This document shows positions 54,578 to 64,000 of a stretch of 64,000 nt of DNA, one piece after another. The notes beneath the pieces are model-generated. The model was not told the origin of the DNA and searched no databases. It worked only from the letters and a program-made list of their open reading frames with translations. Position 1 is the first letter of the stretch; every line of letters starts with the position of its first letter. The position numbers and the translations under genes were made by a program. The DNA comes from Lytechinus pictus (lineage: Eukaryota), in assembly GCF_037042905.1 (NCBI RefSeq), contig NC_087245.1, forward strand, positions 4,776,001-4,840,000. The letters run 5' to 3'.

Positions 54578-57500
54578 TCACAAGTCTGTAGTGATGACTC
54601 TATTTAAAGACACATTAACAGAGCTAGATGAAGAGTGACACACATCACGTATTAACATCCCACTTCCAGGCCGATCATTCTCCACCTCTGTGAGCGAAGA
54701 TTGACTATCCTTAGCATTCAAAGGGAACCCATGAGAGGAGCTAGTGCTGCTTGATAAATCACCCTTCAGCTTTGATTCAGCCAATGGCAATGATGCATCC
54801 ACATTGGATGATGAGCTTGTCTCAGAGTGACACTCACTGTCTGCAATTACGGCACTCAACTCTGAATTCAAGGAATCATTGATGCTTACTGAATCAGGAC
54901 AGGGGGAGGGTGCTTCAGAGATGCGATCGCTGATCTTGACGCTGCTGCGCTTCCCGCTACGTGAACGACTCTTGCTCTTGCGCATGGCACTTGTTGTTGT
55001 GGTGTTGGAGGAGCAGGCGGAAGCTGTTGCGCCCCTTGCAACCATAACAGGTGAATTGGCACTGGTCTTTAGCTCCCATACGTCCCCTTCATTCCCACGG
55101 CCACTAAAGTCCTCTTCAATGTTAGCAGTATGGCGAAGGGAGGATGTGGATGTCCTAGAAGATCCGCTGGTCCCTGGAACACCATGGTCAGTACTGTTAC
55201 TACTTCCACTGCTGTTGTGGCGAGATATAGGAAAGGAGGGTCCCTCAATGTCAACATGAACTTCTAGTGGTGTGTTGGTGGTTGCTCCTTTCTTTGAACT
55301 TTGGTAATCTGAATAAAAAATAGACAAGATATCAATAGGTTTATTTCACTACAAATTTGAGCTCAAACAAAATGCAGAAACAAATTAATGTTAAAAATAT
55401 GCATTTGCAGACAACTAGAATTGCGACAAAAATTTTATGATTGAATTAATGCCTTTCAGTGCCAGTGCCTTGGATAAGTTGGTAGAGCGTCCGTCTCACA
55501 ACGGGGAGGTCAGGAGTTCAAGCCCCGGGCGCGTCAGACCAAAAGACGTTAAAAGATGGAAGTTGCTGCTACCCTGATTGGCGTTCAACAATTTAAAGGA
55601 TAGACCATCATCAATATGGAGCTGCACAGTGGCTGTGGCGGGCCCATGATTAATTGGGCAAAATGAATTTTCCGAGTACTTCTATTCAGACTCCTATTTA
55701 GAACAGTAAAATATGGATTTTTCAAAAGAGTTTCTTAGTCAAACATATGATGGAAAAAGCATGAAAGATCCTCTATTAAACCAAAACAACATAGATCCTG
55801 TATCAAGCAATGTAAAATTAAAAAACAAGTCAATAATTTTTTGCGATGAAACAAAATAGACAATAGCCCATTATAGCTAGTGTAGCATTATCTATTTATC
55901 CAAATTAATGCACTCTAAAGATAGTAATTACATCTTCAAAAATTCTATAAGATTTGTATCATATAGTGTTTATTTCATCATTAGAATGACTCATTCTCTA
56001 ATTTTTGGTAAGGATTTATTACTCTTGACCATTCTTACCTCTATCATTAGAAGATGCAGAATAGGCATCAAAGGCTGTCTCACTACTTAGACTTAGTCTC
56101 TTACCAACTACTTCATTATGGATATCCATCCTAATGGAAGAAAAAATATGACAACATTGGCAATGGCTTACTATGTAGAACTACAATATAATAATATCAG
56201 TTTCCTCCACTTCAGATTAGTTTGATTATCTGAACACTACAAACGCAGTCAACAATCCACAGGAAGGATAATTACTAGGTAACTTCAGATTTAATATTTT
56301 CAGAAAAAAGTACCATAATAATAAAAACAGCTAAATCTCACTCATTCCTCAGGTAGGATTGCAACAATAGACAATGTCTAATGTAAATGTCAGTCTCGGT
56401 ACTATTTGCAGTTTCCTTAATTGAGAGCATTCAAATGTAACATTTCTTGATATAAAGAAGGGTAAGTACATAATTCATTTCCCATTTACAGTCACTATCC
56501 TAATACAAATGGTATAGTGCTATAGTTTTATATGATATAGTCATGACTGTTTTCTAAGATCATTTAAAAATTATTATAGGAATATCTTTGATGAACTAAC
56601 CTGTGTTGGCTAAGAACAAGCGGCCCCACTCCTCCACTGCCTGACAGACTTCCTGTAAGACTAGCCCCAGCAATAGCCCTTGTACTAGCATTGTCACTCA
56701 CTGTATCATCAGTGATAACCCCTGCAACCTCTAGATGACTTGTGCTCTCCCGATTCAGGACACTTGCCTCTCCTATACTTGCATTTGCCGCAACGCTGTT
56801 CACCTCTGGGTTGTTTTCTATTCATGGTTAACAGAAAATAAATTTGTATGCGTAAACTACAAGTACGTCATATTTTTAAAATTTTACTTATTACACCTGT
56901 ATGTAAATTCTTTACAAAAAATAAACAGTTGGCATCTAAGGAGATGGAAGAACAGTATTATCAGTGGACAGATATAAAGACTAGAATTAATCCTGGAGGT
57001 TTAAAAGTAAGAGTAAATTGAAATAGAATTGCTGTGGCATATCTAAAAGTCCATGACATTCGCTTCACAAGTTATTGTCCCAACTGAACATCTATCTTCA
57101 AAGGAAGCTTAATATAACACATAACCTTGACAATGAAAGTTACATAAATGTTTATCCCAAAACTGAATGAAAATGGCTATAAAACCCAAACCGTAATTTT
57201 CTTAAAATACACTTCATAAATTGCTCAAGTCAAGATAATTTTAAGACCAACATAACTTTTCATATGAACTAGAAAACAGATACAAATTATTCCATGAAGT
57301 CCCATATGTAATGACTCAGACATGTATATCTTATGAAATTGCCTAATAGTAACCTTGAGATCTGGCGTATATCACATGAGCTTTACAATTAAAGCAATAC
57401 ATCAATCATACATCAATATGTAGAAAGTTTGTGACATACCATGATACTATTATGCATTCTTATGCTAGGTATAATTCTCTGTGTGTCAAGTGCCTGTGTG

Positions 57501-58394
57501 GTGCTTCCATGCCTGTTATATGGTACATCACAACTACTTGTGATTTTTTATGATTGTTAATTCCAATTCATCTAAAACGTTGAGGTATTATCAATTACAC
57601 AATAGGAAAGGATATAGTATGCCTATCATCCTGTCAGAAGCTAAATTGTCTACTTTGACATTGTTGAATATCCTTTTAATAAGCCCTATCAAACATACAC
57701 ATGAATATTCTAGTGGTGTGTGTTTCTCCTTTATACCTGATCTGTTGTCTGCTCCAATGATACCAATATCGTTCTCTTCATCTAGGGCAATGCGTACACC
57801 TCCACTTTCACTAGTAGTAACCCCACATCCACCGCTACGACAGAGTGAGACAGGCACTACTCCGTATACATACGCCAGCATGATAGGCACACCAATTCCT
57901 ACAAAAAAGACATCACATGAAAGAAACATTTAAAATTGGTCTAACTGCTTGAGTGACTATCCATATTCAAAGGCCGAATGACCATTACCATTGAATTATA
58001 ATTTTTAATAATGCATGTACTTGATTCCCCCCAAAAAAAACCTGTAGTAAAAGACCATTTAATTTCCTCTCTTTATCAATGTCCTTGCACAAAGACATCT
58101 ACATAATACTTGCCTCAGGCCAGGATATGAGCAATAACATTTAATGGATTTTCTAAAGAGCAGTAGCAATTTTGGAATTGATGCTTCTGAAGTGGCACAT
58201 ACTAGTCACAATTATTTTCACTTATACATTTTAGTGGAAATTAAGAACAATTCATGTATTTGAGTCTAAAAAACTGCTAACTTACCAACTGTGAGGGCAG
58301 CAATCACCGGTGATACAATGATAGACAGTGATACACTCCCAGCAATAGCTAGATTGCGACGATGTCTCGGCATACTCACATACTTTGCATGCAC
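54578..58394 (-). CDS. RNF19: RNF19A/B-like RBR E3 ubiquitin ligase, 3' five exons (5' exons lie outside the window)
   Basis: Exons 58394-58286, 57898-57737, 56817-56601, 56130-56105, 55308-54578, phase-consistent. '[54 protein letters not shown]' and '[21 protein letters not shown]' match the RNF19/Dorfin transmembrane and C-terminal region; Ser-rich tail ends ITTDL*. Confidence 0.9.
55467..55720 (+). mobile_element. tRNA-derived SINE with a Meta/MESC-like central domain
   Basis: A box TAAGTTGGTAGAGC, B box GGAGTTCAAGCCCC, then GTCAGACCAAAAGACGTTAAAAGATGG...TGCTACCCTGATTGGCGTTCAACA; the cloverleaf is broken and the body continues, so it is not a tRNA gene. Confidence 0.75.
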
Positions 58395-58824
58395 CTTCAA
58401 ATAAAGGGTAAGAAAAAAAATTATAATTTCCAATATAACTGCTTAAAACACTCTGGATATAATTCCAGTTTTTCATCTTTTAATTTTTGAAATATATACA
58501 CATATGTACATGAGGCGGTTTGAAATGAAGCTATACAATAAAAAATACAGTATGTCTTAAATTCTTGGAAGTGAAAACAAACTGTATAGCGGATATCAAA
58601 TAATTGAGCCATTACAAATTTTACAAGCACACGTACAAAATCACAATCAACCAAACTTTATGGTAGATATTCCAACACATTACCATGATAGTAGTGATCC
58701 ACATGAATAAATGATCTAAAGCAGGAGGTGGGGGGGGGGGGGGTGATGGTTAACAACTCAGATACACATTTAAAAGGACAACAACAATGGTGATGACAAA
58801 AAAAAAGAAAATATGAGGGATTAA

Positions 58825-59425
58825 AGGTCAAGTCCACCCCAGAATATTGTTGATTTGAATAAATAGAGAAAAATCAAACGAGCAGAATGCTGAAAATTTC
58901 ATCAAAATCGGATGTAGAATAAGAAAGTTATGGCATTTTAAAGTTTCCCTTATTTTTCACAAAACAGTGATATGCACAACTCAGTGACATGCAGATGAGT
59001 CGGTCGATGATGTCCATCACTCACTATTTCTTTTGTTTTTTATTGTTTGAATTATACAATATTTCATTTTTTACAGATTTGACAATAAGCACCAACTTGA
59101 CTGAACCATATATCATTAAACAATGCTAATTCCACATGTTCAGGAAGGGATTAATTGTTATTTCACTTGACAATGAGGGCAAAATTAGAATATTTCATAT
59201 TTTATATTATTAAAAAAAAAGAAATAGTGAGTGGGTGACATCATCAGTCTCCTCATTTGCATACCGACCAGGATGTGCATATAACTATTTTGTGAAATTA
59301 AGCGAAACTTTAAAATGTCTTAATTTCTTATTTTACATTCGATTTTGATGAAATTTTCAGTGTTATGTTTGTTGGATTTTCATATTTTAATTGAAATTAA
59401 CTTTTTGTTGGGGTGGACTTGTCCT
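58825..59425. mobile_element. Kolobok-type non-autonomous DNA transposon
   Basis: TTAA|AGGTCAAGTCCACCCCA ... TGGGGTGGACTTGTCCT|TTAA; long imperfect inverted arms. More decayed relatives at about 52532-52878 and 60380-60822. Confidence 0.85.
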
Positions 59426-62400
59426 TTAATTAAAGAACAGTGAGAAACATTGATTACATTGGGCATCCACATACCAGTAATGTAAAAACTTTGACTGAAC
59501 CCTTCTTTAAGTTTTTATACTTGAATCCACATGACTTTTTATCCAAACTACATCAATTTCATAAACCTATATTATGCAATAATGCATACAGTAAATATTG
59601 CTGCAACAATCTGGTATTGATACTATTGACCTATATCAAGGTTGACAGCTGCAAAGGACTTTACTGAATAGTATACTAAACAGCTGCTGTTTAGAGGAAA
59701 CATACTGAATTATGTTGCACTTCACAGGGTCACAAAATGTTATGCTACATGTACTTGCAGCAGTAGCAATTACTATAACATTGCAAATATGAGAATGGGT
59801 CTATTGAATGATTTCTGAAAATTATTTGGTTAGAAATATAAATAAATAATATGTATATTATAACCTATGTGGCATTAAAACTGATCTTGTGGACCCAAAT
59901 CTAATAGATCATTCCCACTCACTCTCGGCATGATAACAAGAAGCAAAGTGAGCAAAGCATCACCATGTTGGGTTAAGGGGCCTCCTGGATGGCCCCCTGA
60001 CAAGGGTCAAGGGGACAGAGCCTGCCCCCAAAGCTTTTGAATAAAAAGTATCAAAGGCATTTCAAATGGCAAAAAAAATGCTTTGATTCATCACAATTTT
60101 TTTTTTTAAGTTGAAATATTTCCATATCTATAAAAATACAAATAAATGAAAATTGTTCAATAATTTAGTGAAAAGCAGCCTTATGAATTATTTTGCTTCT
60201 CCAATTCCTCCTTGACCGAGACATGATCTCATTGGGCTTTCGTATATTTCCTATAGTGCTGGATTTCCCTAATTTCCTCCCTATTTCCTTATCAATGGAA
60301 TGGATAATATGCAGCTTAATTTGAAAATTATCATTACAAGAATGAAACCAAATACCTGATTCTGATCTACAGTCAGGACTATTAAAGACCCAACAGGTTG
60401 ATGTGAAATATCATTAAAAAATTCATCTTTTAATAAAAACAATGTACATGTAATAAAAAAGTCATGACATTTAGAAAATTTATTTTTCACAAAACAGGTA
60501 TGAAAAAATAAAAAGATTTGATTATGTCACTAACTCACTATTTCTTTTTTTAAATCTTATTTACAATAGGCCTACATGATGATTAAAATATTTGGAGACT
60601 CTGCATGTAATAATCAAGTCACAATAATTTAACACAATAGCAATGGCAAATGTTCAGAGTTGTTTTTTTATATAACAAGGAGAAAATTAAAATATTTCAT
60701 ATTTCAACAAACTACAAAAGAAGTATTGGGTGATGAATTTTTTAGTGTTGAGCTTGTTTTGAATTCTTCTACATTTATTTAAATCACCGTTTTGTTAGGG
60801 ACTTGGGTGGGCTGCCCCTTTCAAAATATGTGATTGATGAACTTGAAAAGAAAAACTGCAAAACGAAGAGTCACATTGTTTTATGACAAAAAACAAAAAT
60901 CTACATATCTGATTTCTGGTGGAATTAAAGAAGAAAAATCAAAGCACAATCACTATGGAATTCATTATTAAATGTATTTTTGCATGTATCATGATCAGCA
61001 AGTTGCTACAACACCCCTTTATAATCTCCCTTCCATCATACAAAAAGCTATTCAATAATAATAAAATAAAAAGTGCAAATACACCTACCTATCTTTAATA
61101 TGAGATAATAAATCATTAATTCACTAGCAAACTGTTCACAATCTGTGCACTTCCATGATTGCATAGATCTGTTACTTTAACATTTATCAATAGATCTTCC
61201 CAACCAGATCTTGCTTGTGTACACGAGGTACTCATTATTAATGCATGGCTTTTCTGTGACGTGAAAAATGTGCTCTAATATATAAAAATTATCAGATCTT
61301 TAGTGTCAATGCCCACTTCATTTCCTTCCTGAAAAATAACCAATTTATATCAGATTTAGAGCAACTTGACACTGCACAGTAGATAATGAAAAGCTCTCTA
61401 TTTCATGATAAAGGCATGAAAAGTTCACTCGTTGAATTCTATTTCATAAGAATTTAATAATAATATATGAACTTGATCTCCTTCAAGGACATATTACATT
61501 TAAATCAAATTAATATCATTTTTATTTTCCTGGCAATCAGAATTGGCAATGCGACGAAAATCTAACACCCGAAACAGAACTTAAAACATGTAATCCCCTA
61601 AAATATTAGTCAGTATACTGTACACAAACATACTCCTACAACAGTCATATTATAGCACTCATAAGCAGATTGAATTTTTCTGAAAATTTCAAATATTATC
61701 CAAGAACAAAAAGATTCACATCCCCTACAACAAAAAACCCCCCACAAAAGTTGATCTCAGCACCTGTCATCTCTGGACATCAACAAATTTGTCATGTTTG
61801 CTTCTCAAGTGATTAGATATATGTAATTAACCTTATATTTTCATATGAAAAAAAAATGCTATAAATTAATCCCAATCATTTATTTATAAACACAGATTAT
61901 CGTAAGAAAATAAAAAGTGGAGTTAGAAAAAACGTCGCCCACAACACTGGCTATCACGTCAGATGAGATTTCACTGACGTAAACCAATGTGTCAAGAATA
62001 GAAAATTGACAGTACTATTCATCTGAACGACCAGCAATGACAAGAGAGGACAAGAGAGAATGCTGATACATTTTGAAAAGAGACAGATGAGAGGGGTGAT
62101 GGAGAATGAATAGAGAGAGGGAGAAAGAAAGAGAGACAGTTACGGGAAGCGAGAGAGAGAGAGAGAGAGAGGGTAGGGGTGGGGTGGAGAGGGGCTTGAT
62201 AGAGAATAGAGGTCAGTTTAGATACAAATGGGCCAGTGAGAGAAGGGGAACAGAATAGAGATTCATAAAAGAAAAAGAATGAGAGATGAAGGAGTAGGAG
62301 GGGCGCAAAAGTAAAGTGAGGTAATGAAAGGTCAACATCAAATGGAGAAAAGTGAGAGAATAAGAGCAAAGATATGAGCACAAAAGGAAAACAGAGACAG

Positions 62401-64000
62401 GAGAATTATACAACAACAATATTAGAGAATATCGAGAGAATTCAATAGGTAGTAACCACACAGGCACTATTACAGAAGACTTAGAAGAAAATAAAATGAA
62501 AGTTGGGAAGACCAAGGAAAAACTGATGAAATAGTGGAGAGAAACAAAGTATGTCTAAATAAAAAGGAGATTTTCTGAGACAAATATTGGATATCATTGA
62601 CAGGTGAAATATATAAAGCCAAGATAACCTAATAGTAAGTGGAATATGAATTGGTATGAGTACTATGACCCAGACATGTAAATGCACCAGTTCAAAATAA
62701 TAAAACCTTATTTCAACCTCCTGCTGCCTGCTTTTGTTATTAGCAGCACCCAGGTTTGAGTTCATTTCCTGGTAAAACCTGTACTTATTTAAATCAATAT
62801 TGAGATATGAAAGTAATTTGCATAGTTTGGTGCTTTCAACTAAAAACTTTGAGAATGCAAGATGGTTTATTATAACCTGAACATGTCCGGCCAGAGTTTG
62901 AGTTTATAAACAAGTGTTGCACAGAAAATTTTGTGGGCATTACAGTACATGTATATGTATGTTGTGCAGGGAACTTATATTTTGAAATGGGTTAAAGGTT
63001 ACAGTCAGACCGCAGCTCGCGCGATAATGAGCATATTCACGGAAATTTATTCAGCGGCCCTCTAGCGGTCTCCGAAGGAAAACGTGCGATCAATTTGGCT
63101 TTATTTTCCCACTGAATTGGAGGGGCTGAAGTTATAGCTCTGTACTGGTCGCTAACTTCAGTTTACGTCGAAACGAATTGTGGTAAGTTATTCTCAAGAC
63201 CTTCATCTACACTTTGGTATATAATTTTCCATATTTCGACATTTTCAACCTACCATTTTTACCACTTTAATTGATGCTTATTTTAGTAATATTTTAACTG
63301 CGATTTTGTAGTCGGAATTTCACTTTTGGTTCCTGACTTTGCTACATAACCAAATTGTTTCGATCGGAGTTTTTTAGAAAGAAGAAAAGTCACTGTTCAA
63401 AATATGTCAGAACCAACTTGACGCAAACTCACCTTATATTTTAATTTTAGAGAAAATGATACCCTAAAAATCAAGAAATTTACGTTTTACCCGGAAGTAA
63501 CCTTCTCGTTCACTCCACGATGGCGCGAAATAATGCCAAAATTACGTTCGTCGCGGGTTGGTAGAATTTCGCCTTTTTTGTCTCTTCTACACACAGATCT
63601 GCATACTTGCTGACTCTGGCCTCTGCTTGCTACTTCATTCTGGGAGATTCCATCATGTACTATAATGGTCAGACCATGATTTGGACAAAGCCCTTTTTTC
63701 GTTTGCAAATTTTGGACTGATAATGATACAACAGAAAATTGATCAATATTGGAAACAAAAAAATTAGAGCACAGTTTTGGGGAGGACTAAGAATACTGAC
63801 TTGGACAGGAATGCAGCTTGACAAAAATAAAAATTCACAATTCAAAACCAAAAAACATTTTTAATGTTACTAATAGTACATTGCAAGAAACTTTCTACTC
63901 AATCACACATTCCAAAATTAAGGGTAAGTCCTTTGATTAAACACAAACATGTAGTTGATTTGCAATTGAACATAAGTTTCTTGCAATGCCCCATAATTAT

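Noticed and set aside
54879..55259. 126-aa ORF antisense to the RNF19 last exon
   Set aside because: Shadow ORF of a Ser-rich coding exon; no independent support.
55467..55540. Possible tRNA gene
   Set aside because: A and B boxes are present, but the acceptor stem does not close and a SINE core follows directly.
61085..61330. Exon-like segment with acceptor and donor on the minus strand (possible RNF19 exon)
   Set aside because: The frames I translated contain stops and do not resemble the expected preceding RNF19 segment.

Overview
AT-rich, intron-rich eukaryotic genomic DNA. The gene content and repeat types suggest a marine invertebrate deuterostome, probably a sea urchin (inference). 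I could hand-splice four protein-coding genes with consistent GT-AG boundaries and reading-frame phases: (1) an SLC46-family MFS transporter (+, 5 coding exons, 475 aa); (2) ribosomal protein RPL11/uL5 (-, 5 coding exons, 181 aa); (3) the ciliary dynein-regulatory-complex gene DRC1/CCDC164 (+, 17 coding exons, 759 aa), head-to-head with RPL11 with only 288 bp between the start codons; (4) the 3' half of an RNF19-type RBR E3 ligase (-), convergent with DRC1. There is also a decayed LGR/GRL101-like 7TM GPCR pseudogene and a dense set of mobile-element relics: CR1 and L2-like LINE pieces, SINEs, hAT/Kolobok/piggyBac/mariner-type MITEs and Helentron-type elements. I found no prokaryote-type system (CRISPR, operon, defence island). 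The most unusual signals are a SINE-like element with a 7SL/Alu-domain-like head, a locally duplicated terminal exon giving the SLC46 gene a second in-frame C-terminus, and the compact TCT-plus-X-box RPL11/DRC1 bidirectional promoter flanked by three copies of one MITE. All family assignments come from motif recognition by eye; no database searches were run.
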